35,431 nt of DNA from an uncultured archaeon (GCA_964388035.1 CAYLZE010000027.1:14414-49844), one strand, 5' to 3'. Shown: positions 1 through 10,125, counted from the stretch's first letter. The notes: generated by a model from the letters alone, not told the origin. Numbers and translations: made by a program.

Positions 1-210
1 GACTTCTACGATTTCTAACTGTTTTCCCCCAAAATTTTGCATGATTTTTTTCATGGTAAAGTCCACTACTTTTCCTTTATAAATAACTGAAGATTTTTGG
101 GTTACGATATTCAGAGGTGCTTGAAAATCAAAAAGAATATCATAAAGCTGTTTGGCTTTTTCAATATCTTTTACTACTATTCCTATTTGATCAAACTTGC
201 TTAATTTCAT
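1..210 (-). CDS. VOC/glyoxalase family protein (methylmalonyl-CoA epimerase-like), 3' end runs off the window
   Basis: Not in the ORF track. ATG at 210 reads MKLSKFDQIGIVVKDIEKAKQLYDILF...GGKQLEIVEV, open to base 1. DQIGIVVKDIEKA and LEIVE are typical VOC metal-binding strands. Confidence 0.8.
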   Translation of the reverse strand, partial: MKLSKFDQIGIVVKDIEKAKQLYDILFDFQAPLNIVTQKSSVIYKGKVVDFTMKKIMQNFGGKQLEIVEV

Positions 211-271
211 AGACTTATTTTACACTTCAGAGAAACTTTAATCTCAAATTATTGTTTTTAAAGAATAAATT

Positions 272-1579
272 TTAATATACTTTTGGATAAAATTCCAATT
301 TCCCAGTTGGTTCTTTAATAATGAATTCTTTATTAAGAATCATATTTTTTAATTTTTCAGCTAATTTTATGGCCCCAAATCTGTCAGATTGCCTTAACAC
401 AACAGGAATTTCCATGGATTTGTCAATATTTTTGAGTTTTACATTCACTTTCTTTAAATCCGCACTAAAAGCGTCTTTTGGGCAAACTACTGCACATGTT
501 CCGCAATTAAAACAGAGGTTCCTATCGATTCCTTGTTTCAAATGAAAAGCATTGGTAGGGCATTTTCCATCCACGGGGCATTCATTGCAGTCTTTACACT
601 TTTTAGGATCATAAGTAACGAGAAAGTTATGTTCCCAAACATCTTTATAGGTAAGATTTCCCAATTTTTCCCTACCCACTACATTCAATACAACTAATGG
701 GACGTCTTGATCGGATTTAACAATGTTATTCCAGATTCTTTCGTTTAGAATGGGAATGGGAATCGATATCGAGCATATGTTTTCAAGACCATAGGAAGTC
801 TTCATTGCTCCCATGTATTCTGGTGACATACCCTTAAGATCGCATATTGTTTGTAGATTTGGTTTCAGTTGGTCATTTCGAGTTCCAGGTCCTATTATAT
901 ACCCAATTTGCCCATTTACTAAGATTTTTGTTCCTACACCAAAAACATCTGCCTCAGGATCATTTTGGAAAGGATTCATGGCTCCGCATCCTGAAAAAGT
1001 TAGTTGAGAATAATTACCTTTGAGAGGAAGAACTGAAAAAATTGTATTTACTGGTTCAGAAGATGGATTAACCATGGCAAAATAATTTTTAATAGCTTGT
1101 CTGGTTCCCATCATTCTGGCAAATTGAAAATCATCGATTGTCATTGATTTTTCAACAATTTCTCCATTTTCACTTTTTGCCATGATGGTAACGGGCTTTC
1201 CTTCCACGAGATCTCGAAATAATAACCCTCCTGAATAATTCTTTATGGTTTTACTTTGTGCCGTACCATATAATATTAAATCAATTATTCCTAGAAATTC
1301 ATTAGGACAAGGTCCAGGATATCCTGGAATTCCATTTATACTTGCTTCACTAAATTTTCTTATAGTCTTTGGTGGTGTTAATCTTAATGAAAAAATCCCA
1401 GAAATTCCACTCATTAATCCTTTTGTTGCTGTAGTTATTATGTCCACGTCCTCAAATTTGACTTCTTCTCCATCACTTATGTGATCAATTAATTCTTGAA
1501 CAGTGAGGATATTGACCGTACCTTTATCGATTTTACCTTGAATGTCTGAGAGAGTTCGTTTTTTAACCAAGAATAACAC
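272..1579 (-). CDS. DUF39/HcyBio family protein with C-terminal 2x[4Fe-4S] ferredoxin domain (methanogenesis marker 16-like; related to aspartate-semialdehyde sulfurtransferase)
   Basis: Motifs VDIITTAT.GLMSG, GPCPNE.LG.ID and FSGCG..NPFQNDP; ferredoxin motifs CKDCNECPVDGKCP and CFNCGTCAVVCP. Confidence 0.8.
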   Translation of the reverse strand: MLFLVKKRTLSDIQGKIDKGTVNILTVQELIDHISDGEEVKFEDVDIITTATKGLMSGISGIFSLRLTPPKTIRKFSEASINGIPGYPGPCPNEFLGIIDLILYGTAQSKTIKNYSGGLLFRDLVEGKPVTIMAKSENGEIVEKSMTIDDFQFARMMGTRQAIKNYFAMVNPSSEPVNTIFSVLPLKGNYSQLTFSGCGAMNPFQNDPEADVFGVGTKILVNGQIGYIIGPGTRNDQLKPNLQTICDLKGMSPEYMGAMKTSYGLENICSISIPIPILNERIWNNIVKSDQDVPLVVLNVVGREKLGNLTYKDVWEHNFLVTYDPKKCKDCNECPVDGKCPTNAFHLKQGIDRNLCFNCGTCAVVCPKDAFSADLKKVNVKLKNIDKSMEIPVVLRQSDRFGAIKLAEKLKNMILNKEFIIKEPTGKLEFYPKVY

Positions 1580-1817
1580 TTGTTTTTATCAAAAAGATAT
1601 CAATTTAAATTTATGTTTCTAATAAAATTTTTTGTTTAAAGAAATGTCACAATATGAGTTCTATTCCATGTATTATTTCTTTTTTAGCATCTTCCTCTTC
1701 AAAGAAACATATATTTGTTTTTTACTTCAAAATAAATTTAAAATTAATATAAAATACTTGTTCTTCATAAAGTTCCATTTTTTTGGGGTTTTTAAATCTA
1801 GAATATAATATATAGTC

Positions 1818-2501
1818 ATGTTAGTCAATAATCCAAGTCAGTCAAGAAATGGATACTTTTTTTCTTTACTTGGTACTTTTCAATATCTAATTTTCCTTGC
1901 TCTTGCAATGTATTTGTATGGCGGTGGAAATCAAATAAACGCAGATTATCCAACTTATGATTTCTTTTCTAACTATATTTCTGATTTAGGGAGAATTATA
2001 TCTATTTCAAATAATTCTAATCTCCTGTCTTGTATTATTTATTCTTGTAGCTCAGCAGTCTTAGCTATTTCGCTTTTAGTATTCTTATACTTTTTTAAGC
2101 AGATTTTTAATAATATATTTTCCAAAATTGGCAATTTTTTCGGAATAATATGTTGTTGTTCACTTCTCATTGGATCTTTTACTTTTTGGGATATTTTTGG
2201 GGATCTACACTTAATCTTTGCTAACATTTTCAACATATCTGGGCTATTTACTACCCTCTTTTTCGCAATTGCAATTTTTAAAAATCAAAATTATCCTAAA
2301 TTCTATGGAATCATGCTCCTAATTTTATTTTTCTCGGGAATAATATATGCTCTTACTTTTATTACATTTTCTCCAGATTTTAATCAGTCACTTTTTTACT
2401 TGCAAGTAATCTCTCAAAAGATTGTTCATTTTCTTTTTATATTTACATTCCTCATCCAAGAAGTGGGCGCATTAAAATCAATTAAATTTTCTTTTGAGTA
2501 A
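1818..2501 (+). CDS. DUF998-like multi-pass membrane protein
   Basis: AMYLYGGG...YDFFSNYISDLG motif, conserved His in DLHLIFA, about 6 hydrophobic helices. Confidence 0.65.
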   Translation: MLVNNPSQSRNGYFFSLLGTFQYLIFLALAMYLYGGGNQINADYPTYDFFSNYISDLGRIISISNNSNLLSCIIYSCSSAVLAISLLVFLYFFKQIFNNIFSKIGNFFGIICCCSLLIGSFTFWDIFGDLHLIFANIFNISGLFTTLFFAIAIFKNQNYPKFYGIMLLILFFSGIIYALTFITFSPDFNQSLFYLQVISQKIVHFLFIFTFLIQEVGALKSIKFSFE

Positions 2502-2687
2502 ATTAGGCATATCAAGCATTAGCATAAATTGCTTTCAATTGAATTTTTCTTTATTTTTGGCTTTAAAAAATCAAATAACTTATAATTATAGAACAAGAAA
2601 TTCTAAAAATTATCTTTTAGATATAATTATTTTATACAAAATTATTTCTGTTATTGAAATCTTACATAAAATATCTAAGAATTATGA

Positions 2688-3434
2688 ATGAAGCGATTAT
2701 ATATTGAGGTTGACCATTCATTGCATTATTATGAATCTCGGTTGCATATTGATTTCAATAATATAGATGATATACAGCAAAAATTAACGATCTGTGAACA
2801 GATAGGATTAAAATATATAATTTTAAATGTAGAAAATATAAAGGGTAATATCTTAACCGATTTCAAAAGCATCATTAACTCTCATAAAATGTTGAACCTC
2901 AATTTAAGAATCAATTTAAAGCCAGAATCTATCAGAGTCTTTAAAAATAGTATCAAAAAACTTGAAAAAATACCTTGCCTATTATCCATTGAAACATCGA
3001 ACAAGGATCTTCAGCTTAAAGCTGCAAGGGATTCTAGGGTGGATTTAATCTCTTATTCGCATCCAGATATCTTAAAAACTTTAAATACGGGAGTAATTTC
3101 TCTCACCAAACAAAATAAATCTTATATAGAATTTTCTCTTTCTTCGTTAAGGGAAGATAATAGATATTTTCAATCTAAAAACTTTAGAAATCTTTATAGA
3201 TTTTTACATTTTGCTATAAAAGAAAAAGCAAATTATATTATAAGTGGTAATTTTGAACATCCTTATGATATTCGACATCCTAAAGCACTAGTAAGTTTAT
3301 GTTGTTCTCTTTTGGATATCCCAATATTACATTCAAAAAATGCAGTTGGGAAAAACGTTGAAAGCTTACTAAAACGAAAAGAGGATCTTCTCAATAAGAA
3401 TATAATTGAGAATGGGGTAAAGTTAATTGAATAG
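2688..3434 (+). CDS. rnp3: Ribonuclease P protein subunit Rpp30
   Basis: AARDSRVDLIS, YIEFSL and IISGNFEHPYDIRHPK motifs; directly upstream of Pop5. Confidence 0.85.
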   Translation: MKRLYIEVDHSLHYYESRLHIDFNNIDDIQQKLTICEQIGLKYIILNVENIKGNILTDFKSIINSHKMLNLNLRINLKPESIRVFKNSIKKLEKIPCLLSIETSNKDLQLKAARDSRVDLISYSHPDILKTLNTGVISLTKQNKSYIEFSLSSLREDNRYFQSKNFRNLYRFLHFAIKEKANYIISGNFEHPYDIRHPKALVSLCCSLLDIPILHSKNAVGKNVESLLKRKEDLLNKNIIENGVKLIE

Positions 3435-3444
3435 GGGAGGATAA

Positions 3445-3780
3445 ATGGTTAAAAAAGAACGTCAAAGATACATTTTTTTTAAAATTATTCAAGAAAGGAA
3501 CAATACAATCGAAAAACAGGAGCTTTTAAATGCAGTTTGGTATTCAATTTGGAAATATTTTGGAATGAAAACGGCGAATAAAATCGGTCTATGGCTAATT
3601 GAATATAATTCTAATCAAGGTTTTGGGATCTTTCGGTGTTCTCATGAGACAAAAGAAGTATTGATTTCTGCCTTAACTCTTATAAGAGAAATAAATAAAA
3701 ATAAAATTATCTTGGCTCCAATGAGAACTTCGGGTACGATTAAAAAACTCAAACAAAAAATAAATGAAATCAATTTATAA
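3445..3780 (+). CDS. rnp2: Ribonuclease P protein subunit Pop5/Rpp14
   Basis: KERQRYIFF, GIFRCSH and RTSGTIKKLK motifs; GGAGG ribosome-binding site upstream. Confidence 0.92.
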   Translation: MVKKERQRYIFFKIIQERNNTIEKQELLNAVWYSIWKYFGMKTANKIGLWLIEYNSNQGFGIFRCSHETKEVLISALTLIREINKNKIILAPMRTSGTIKKLKQKINEINL

Positions 3781-3840
3781 TTATTTAATTAAGGATGTAA
3801 TGAATAAAATTTATCTAATTGAGATTTTTTATTAATAAAG

Positions 3841-4293
3841 ATGAAAAAGGAAAAAGGATGCTTGTTAACGGAAGCTAACATTCAAAAGATTACCTCTCTT
3901 AATCATAAGATTTTGAAAGTACCTTTATCCCATTTCAAACAGTTGGATGAGTATCCTTATATTCTCGTGATAAAATCGATTACTGTAGATTTTATCAAAA
4001 TTACACTCTATCCCTTGAAGAAAAAAAGAATCATTAAAATTAGTATTCGTGGAAAAAATGTTCCCAAAGAAGAAGTACTTTTAATATTAAACAAGCTTCA
4101 AAGTTATGAGATCGTGCATTCTTCTGGATTATGCTACGATTCTAATAATCAATTACTCTATGAATGTTATTTGAATATTGATTTCTCTACATCAAATGTG
4201 AACATTTTGCAAAAGTTATTAAATCAATATGAAAAAAATTTTGAAAGTATTCTCATTGATGAAATCACATTGAAAAAGCGAAAAGGAATCTAA
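3841..4293 (+). CDS. Hypothetical protein, possible C-terminal ACT-like domain
   Basis: 150-aa ORF co-oriented with rnp3-rnp2; a beta-alpha-beta-beta-alpha-beta pattern in the C-terminal half is inferred by eye. Confidence 0.5.
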   Translation: MKKEKGCLLTEANIQKITSLNHKILKVPLSHFKQLDEYPYILVIKSITVDFIKITLYPLKKKRIIKISIRGKNVPKEEVLLILNKLQSYEIVHSSGLCYDSNNQLLYECYLNIDFSTSNVNILQKLLNQYEKNFESILIDEITLKKRKGI

Positions 4294-4294
4294 A

Positions 4295-4750
4295 ATGAAA
4301 TCTTGGAAAGTTGAATTAAAAATTTTAAATTCATCATTCTCATTGGAAAAAGAATTACTTTTACAAGATGCATATACCTATTTTAATGGGTATTTGAAAA
4401 TAAGAAGAACCTATTTTAACGCACTTATTAAAGCAATTAAAATTTCTAAGAGTTATAAAACTGAAAAAGGGATTGAAAAAGTTATAGGACCGGATAATAA
4501 GGATTGGACTAATAATCCTTGGTTGTTATTACTGGTTAAGGATTCAGAGAAAATGAAATCTTTTTGGATCTTAATCAAGAGAGAAAAGGATTTATCTGGT
4601 TTATTAGTAGCCATTGGTCCTAAATCTTTTATCGAATATAATAACAACAATTCTGAGGCAAAAAGAGAAATAAAACGACTCTTAAATTATTTTATTACAT
4701 ACATAAATAAATTTGAATGTGTTATTTTAATGCCAAATTACTTACCGTGA
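4295..4750 (+). CDS. Hypothetical protein
   Basis: 151-aa ORF starting 1 nt after the previous stop, suggesting translational coupling. Confidence 0.65.
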   Translation: MKSWKVELKILNSSFSLEKELLLQDAYTYFNGYLKIRRTYFNALIKAIKISKSYKTEKGIEKVIGPDNKDWTNNPWLLLLVKDSEKMKSFWILIKREKDLSGLLVAIGPKSFIEYNNNNSEAKREIKRLLNYFITYINKFECVILMPNYLP

Positions 4751-5000
4751 ACTCTCACTTGATTTATCTGATCTAAGAGACAAGGAATAACTAATTATCA
4801 TATCCGGCTGAAAATATCTTATAATATTTTGAAAATTTTTCTCGTTCTTTGATGTGTGATTTAACTTATTGCTAAAGTAAAAATGAAAAATAGCATTCCT
4901 TTTTAGACTAGGATCATGGCAATAAGATGGAAAAAATATTAAATTATAATTGCATTATCATATTCATTAATATACTTTTAGAAAATAAAGAATTTTTACA

Positions 5001-5810
5001 ATGATAAAAAGATCAGTTTTATCTATTTCATTCCTATTTCTATTCCTCACCATGCTCTTTTTATCAATCACGTTCCCTATTGAAGTTCGAGCTCAAACAG
5101 AAACATTTGAACCAAAATACGGGGATCTTCCTGTAATTGATGGATATATCAATCAATCAAGTGGAGAATGGAATAATGCTTTAAAAACCACTCTCGTTAT
5201 AAATTCCACATCAAAAACAGATATCGGAATTCCAATTAAATTTTGGATAATGCAGAATGATTCCGGTCTATTTATTTGCGTCCAATTAGAATTAGAGTTT
5301 CATGCGAATAATGAATTTATAGGATTCTTAATCTCACGGGCAACTAATCGAGAAAAGTATGTTGATGCAAAAATAGTTCAATTTACCAATGTTTTAAAAG
5401 ATGATTATGAGTATTTAGACCTCCATATAGTCAACAATGTTTTTAAAAGGGATTCTATAAAAGAAGGCGCAGGCGCAGCCCAGTTGGATAAAAACACCAT
5501 GGTATATGAATTTGAAATACCCGTTAACAATTCTGCTGCGACAGAACAAGATGTTTTTTTAGATTTTGGACTTGAATATGCATTTAAACTTATCTTTGGA
5601 GAATCAAAATCTTATCCCTCTGGAATTATGAAATCAACAGTTTTTGAAGTTAGTATACAATATCCTCCCCCCAGTCCGAAAGGATTCGATTATACCCTCT
5701 TATTTTCAGTACTTTCAATTATCACGTTCAGCTCATTAGGTTCCCTTTATGCTTTTTACATGTATAAAATTCTCATTCTTAGAAAAAATTTGAAAAAAAT
5801 GCAAAAGTGA
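5001..5810 (+). CDS. Secreted, C-terminally anchored protein with CBM9/DOMON-like beta domain
   Basis: N-terminal signal peptide, PVIDG...GEW motif, VYEFEIP strand, PPPSP linker, C-terminal TM helix and basic tail. Confidence 0.6.
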   Translation: MIKRSVLSISFLFLFLTMLFLSITFPIEVRAQTETFEPKYGDLPVIDGYINQSSGEWNNALKTTLVINSTSKTDIGIPIKFWIMQNDSGLFICVQLELEFHANNEFIGFLISRATNREKYVDAKIVQFTNVLKDDYEYLDLHIVNNVFKRDSIKEGAGAAQLDKNTMVYEFEIPVNNSAATEQDVFLDFGLEYAFKLIFGESKSYPSGIMKSTVFEVSIQYPPPSPKGFDYTLLFSVLSIITFSSLGSLYAFYMYKILILRKNLKKMQK

Positions 5811-5835
5811 GATTTCAAAAATAATAAATAAATTC

Positions 5836-6225
5836 ATGAGGGAGAATATGAAGAATAAAAAAACAATCAATGAGAATATTGCTTTTAAATCTCTATTAAA
5901 TTCAGTAATTTTGGCTGGAATTTTTTTAGCAATTTCTTGTTTTCTAAATGGAGGAATTTTAACAATTTTTATGAATAAAGGATTTATCTGGGAGGTTATA
6001 GATGTATCCTTAAAAGTTACTACTATTTTGTTAGCATTTTTCTTTTCATTAATAAGTATTGGAAATTTCAAAGATTTGACCGGGAAGCCCGTGAATTGGA
6101 AAGAACTTCTTTTGCTCTTTGGTCTTGCATTAGCTCAAACCTTTCGAAGTCTATGGGTTTTTCTCATTACTTTGATTGGTTTAGCCCTGATATTACTTTA
6201 TTTATATTTAACTCAAGAAAGTTAA
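5836..6225 (+). CDS. Small multi-pass membrane protein
   Basis: 129 aa with about 4 hydrophobic segments; operon-like spacing. Confidence 0.65.
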   Translation: MRENMKNKKTINENIAFKSLLNSVILAGIFLAISCFLNGGILTIFMNKGFIWEVIDVSLKVTTILLAFFFSLISIGNFKDLTGKPVNWKELLLLFGLALAQTFRSLWVFLITLIGLALILLYLYLTQES

Positions 6226-6242
6226 TTATAAAATTATAATTC

Positions 6243-7004
6243 ATGCAAATTGAAAATGAAAGCTCCTTTTTTTTCATAGGTCATAGAGGAACCAGAGTTA
6301 TTTATGATGAAAATACTCAAGAAGCGTTCCAAAAAGCTTTAGATTACGGAGCTAATTACTTAGAGTTAGATGTAAGACTTACAAGAGATAAAAATCTAGT
6401 TGTATTCCATGATGAGACCATGGATAGAATTACAAGTATTTCAAAATCGATTCGGGACTTAAATACAAGTGAAATAAAAGCTGTTCGGACTAAATTAACA
6501 AATTCTGAGATACATCTTTTGGTGGATGTATTAGATTTGTTCTATGGTAAAACTAATTTTATAATTGACTTTAAACAAGAGAATATTGTAAATCTTGCTC
6601 TTGAAATTGTTAAAAATAAGAATCTAATTAATTCTTGCGTGTTAAGTGGAAGATATTTAAATGAACTAATTGAGGTTAAGTTAAAATATAGTTCGCTATA
6701 TATTAGTTATAATATTACGAAAGGTAAGGATTTAACTTTAAATCAATTTTTGAATAATAAAAATTTAAATGATTTACCTTTAAAACCAGACATGATTAAT
6801 TTAAAATCAGATTTAATATCAAGGAAATTCATTGATTCATGTCATGAACAAGATATTAAAGCAATCGCCTGGGATTTTTTAAATTACCAAGATCCCATAA
6901 TGAAAATGAAAGAACTCATAAAAATGGGAATTGATGGAATCTATTTCGATAATTTCAAAAATATTCTTAAAATTAAAACTTGGATAAAGAAAAGAAACGG
7001 CTAA
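6243..7004 (+). CDS. Glycerophosphodiester phosphodiesterase (GDPD family)
   Basis: IGHRG, ENT, ELDVRLTRD..LVVFHD and GIDGIYFD motifs. Confidence 0.92.
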   Translation: MQIENESSFFFIGHRGTRVIYDENTQEAFQKALDYGANYLELDVRLTRDKNLVVFHDETMDRITSISKSIRDLNTSEIKAVRTKLTNSEIHLLVDVLDLFYGKTNFIIDFKQENIVNLALEIVKNKNLINSCVLSGRYLNELIEVKLKYSSLYISYNITKGKDLTLNQFLNNKNLNDLPLKPDMINLKSDLISRKFIDSCHEQDIKAIAWDFLNYQDPIMKMKELIKMGIDGIYFDNFKNILKIKTWIKKRNG

Positions 7005-9046
7005 TTTTTTGATTCAATTTCTGAAAAACCAGTGGGCAGATGCAGGATTATTTCATCTACAGATAAAAGTTTCACCCATTTTTTCATCTCATCTGGTGCT
7101 TGATATATTAAGGTGATTCTTATTTTTTCAGCGATTTTACCTTTTGTAAGTCCTGTTCTTGAGGGTTTAATTAATAGATAATTTTCTTGTTGATGGATAA
7201 TAGCACTGACAGGTCCTGAAATTATTTTAGGATAGTAAGCGTCTTCTCCTTCGGTAGTATTATCTAATTTAATCATCTCTACAGAGATGGCAAGCTCGGT
7301 GCGCGCATTTTTTATAAAATTTTTTTTCCCAGATATCATGAAAGACCCTTTAGGAAGGTATTCACCAGAAGGAGGACTTTTTGAAACTTGTTCTGCATTT
7401 ACATAGAATATATCTGCAAATCCCCAATTTTCTTCCCATCCTCTCGAATAAGAGGCTACAAATTCCGCTGTTTCTTGAATTGTCTTTTCAGGTATCGTTA
7501 GATTCTCTGGATTTTTTATTATTGTTAATGGAGATCCAGGAAAATCTGTATGGAAGACTAATTCATTAGCCTCTAAATATTTATTAAATATATTTTCATT
7601 AGATCCAGCATTTCTCCCACCAATTACTAAAAAATCGTCGGATGAATAAAACCACCTAAACTTTTCATACCATTTCTTTTTAGGTTTTTTTATTAAGGTA
7701 TCGACGGACTCTACTTCTAACTCCTTCTTCTGCTCGAGTTTTTTTATCTTTTTCTTTGTATCAGATATTGCTAATTCGGTACCCTCCATCTTCCGTTTCG
7801 CTTTTTTCCCCTTTTCATAAAAGAAATTTGCATTTTCGCCGGTACTCTTATTAATATCCAATTCAAATTCCTTATTATCAAATTCTATCACTACTTTTTT
7901 CGATGCGGGTAGAATCCTTCTAAAATACTCTGTATCATTAATTCCTTTTGTTTTCGCGCTAATCAGCTTTTGATTAATTTCTTCAATTTTATATCCCTTT
8001 CTCAAGGCATCTTGGATAACATTTAATAATTTTTCAAATGTACTAAAATTATTATATATAAAATCTCCTATATCATAGAATTTTTTCTTCTTTGCTTCAA
8101 GCTCTTCGATATAAGCTAATTGTGTGGATAAAATTTTTTCCTGAGTTTTGATCTTTTTATTTATTTCTGAATCTTCAGGACTTTTTAGCTTTTTCGAATC
8201 AATTATTGAATAATAATCATCTATTGCCTTATTAAATGATTGAAATCCTTTTTTCCTTTCTTCTTTAAACATTTCTAAATTGACTGGTGAATATAAATCA
8301 TAATTATTATCTTCATCCAAAATAATTTGAGCATTCACAGGTTCGAAAAGGAGTTGATTCCTTAACTTTTTAAGGGAAACGAACAAAGATTCAATTTGAT
8401 CCTCCGTTAATTGATTACTTATAACCGTCTTATTAATTCCCGCTCTAAAACAGATTTCTTCAGCGTAGATCCCAGAAACATTAATGCTCCTTGCAATCGT
8501 TCTTACCAATTCTGCATTTGAGTTAGTTATAAGATCCTTGAATTCTGATTTTTGAATCTCTAGAAAATTTAAACCTCGAGAAAGTGGAAAGTGATATTCT
8601 CTGTTGGGTAAAATATCTCTATCTTTAAATTTTAAATATTTTTTTCCAATAATCAAATTGTTTTCATGGTTGACCAATAGATAATTACCTTTATTAAAGA
8701 GTTCAATAATAAATTTCCAAGGAGGCGTGTCTGAATTAAAAAGTTCAAGGATCACGATTCGATCAAAACTATATTGATAAATCCGTAAAATACGCTTTTT
8801 TCTAAGAAATTTTCTTAAAGAAAGGATAAAAGGAGAAGGATATTTGGGGATAGGGTAGTCATAATCAGTGATATTCATCCTAGTATCTCTTTCTATGATT
8901 AAGTTTTTCTTTTCTCGATCTCTAGTAGCAATTTTTAATATAAGAAGATCTTCCACCTCGTATATATTAGAGATAGTTCCATCTTGAAGTGATATCTCCA
9001 ATTCCTTGCAAATCGCGTTTACATCAAAATTTGAAAATGACGTCAT
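7001..9046 (-). CDS. rqcH: Ribosome quality control protein RqcH/Rqc2 (NFACT/NEMF family)
   Basis: NFACT-N (FDRIV, IIELFNKGNYLL), HhH segment, coiled coil, KKWYEKFRWFYSSDDFLVIGGRNA, and VSKSPPSGEYLPKGSFMISGKKN. Confidence 0.93.
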   Translation of the reverse strand: MTSFSNFDVNAICKELEISLQDGTISNIYEVEDLLILKIATRDREKKNLIIERDTRMNITDYDYPIPKYPSPFILSLRKFLRKKRILRIYQYSFDRIVILELFNSDTPPWKFIIELFNKGNYLLVNHENNLIIGKKYLKFKDRDILPNREYHFPLSRGLNFLEIQKSEFKDLITNSNAELVRTIARSINVSGIYAEEICFRAGINKTVISNQLTEDQIESLFVSLKKLRNQLLFEPVNAQIILDEDNNYDLYSPVNLEMFKEERKKGFQSFNKAIDDYYSIIDSKKLKSPEDSEINKKIKTQEKILSTQLAYIEELEAKKKKFYDIGDFIYNNFSTFEKLLNVIQDALRKGYKIEEINQKLISAKTKGINDTEYFRRILPASKKVVIEFDNKEFELDINKSTGENANFFYEKGKKAKRKMEGTELAISDTKKKIKKLEQKKELEVESVDTLIKKPKKKWYEKFRWFYSSDDFLVIGGRNAGSNENIFNKYLEANELVFHTDFPGSPLTIIKNPENLTIPEKTIQETAEFVASYSRGWEENWGFADIFYVNAEQVSKSPPSGEYLPKGSFMISGKKNFIKNARTELAISVEMIKLDNTTEGEDAYYPKIISGPVSAIIHQQENYLLIKPSRTGLTKGKIAEKIRITLIYQAPDEMKKWVKLLSVDEIILHLPTGFSEIESKN

Positions 9047-9176
9047 TAAAGATCCTTATTAATTTACGTTAATTATAATGAATTTAATCTTTAATATTTA
9101 GATCCCTAAATGAAATTGCGCAGAAAATAAAAAGTAAAATGGAAAATTTATTAATTTTCGTACTAATTATATTAAT

Positions 9177-9608
9177 ATGGTTATAAGGAGAAGAAAGAAG
9201 GTCGACCTTAAAAAAAGAAGAAAACAATTAATTAAAGAACAAGAAAAGCAACTTTCACCTCAAGATGTAGAAAAGATCGAGGAAAGAAAAGAACCAAAAC
9301 AAAAGGAAGGCGAATTAGACATCCGCTTAAAAAAGGAAACTCATCTCTATTGGGCTCGAGCTTTAACGGCGGTATTTGGTGCATTTGTTGGTCGATATCT
9401 TCTTGGTTTTATCGGGTGGATTTTGTTCATATGGATGTTAGCCTTTTGGTTTTTATTCCCATTCTTCGTGAGTTTTGTTCTTTTCAGATATAAATACGAC
9501 AAAGAAAATTGGAGTTGGAAAAATATTATATTACCCGGAATCGGAATCTACTTCTTTTTATTCATGATAGTCGCAACTGTCATTCACACCCTTCTAAAAA
9601 TCTATTAA
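9177..9608 (+). CDS. EMC6/Rab5-interacting (OPTI)-like 3-TM membrane protein with basic N-terminal extension
   Basis: LYWARALTAVFGAFVG..LLGFIGW and IILPGIGIYFFLFMIVATVIHTL align by eye with EMC6 ([21 protein letters not shown]...GGL.TYVLFWTFLY). Confidence 0.6.
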   Translation: MVIRRRKKVDLKKRRKQLIKEQEKQLSPQDVEKIEERKEPKQKEGELDIRLKKETHLYWARALTAVFGAFVGRYLLGFIGWILFIWMLAFWFLFPFFVSFVLFRYKYDKENWSWKNIILPGIGIYFFLFMIVATVIHTLLKIY

Positions 9609-9615
9609 AAATAAC

Positions 9616-10125
9616 TTATAATTCTATTTTCTGTTTCAATACTTTACCTTCTGTTTTTTGCTTTGTAGCAAAAATTATTTCATCTAATTTATAAATACGA
9701 TCACAGTATACGCATTGTATTCTCAAGGGTTTTTCTTGTAAGACAGAAAATTCATAATCAATCGGTTCGTCAGTGGAATTTGTAATACAAGTTCTATTTG
9801 TGCAGACAATTAACTTTTTTATAGTATTTGGGATCTTCACTTGCCTTTTTTCAATCACTTTAGAGTTCTCAATTAAGGAAATAGTGGCATTAGGGGATAG
9901 AATAGATATTTGTTGCATTTGCCGCTCAGTTAAAAAGACATTTTCAATTTTAATAATGTCTTTTTTCCCATACTTTTTAGAGCTTACATTCACACCAATC
10001 GTCATTAAATTCGGAGACTCATCAAGACCCGTGAGGTTCAATATGGTAAGACTATACCCTTGATCAATATGATCTATGACAGTACCTTTCTGGATTCGAT
10101 CGATCCTTAATTTTTCTTCCGACAT
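9616..10125 (-). CDS. pyrI: Aspartate carbamoyltransferase regulatory chain
   Basis: IQKGTVIDHI, NVSSKKYGKKDIIKIE and SPNATI motifs; Zn ligands CTNRTCITN and CVYCD. Confidence 0.97.
   Translation of the reverse strand: MSEEKLRIDRIQKGTVIDHIDQGYSLTILNLTGLDESPNLMTIGVNVSSKKYGKKDIIKIENVFLTERQMQQISILSPNATISLIENSKVIEKRQVKIPNTIKKLIVCTNRTCITNSTDEPIDYEFSVLQEKPLRIQCVYCDRIYKLDEIIFATKQKTEGKVLKQKIEL

Noticed and set aside
321-1484. Short plus-strand ORFs (321, 813, 1245) and similar antisense or nested ORFs inside rqcH, pyrI, trpB2, the large genes, tgtA/AK6, cysE/cysK, sfsA, GH29 and the ATPase
   Set aside because: They are shadows of well-supported genes and have no motifs of their own.
2494-2691. 65-aa ORF between the DUF998-like gene and rnp3
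   Set aside because: TTG start and extremely AT-rich, low-complexity sequence; most likely the rnp3 promoter region.
9616-10125. pyrI without an adjacent pyrB as a novel system
   Set aside because: Unlinked pyrB and pyrI genes are common in archaea.
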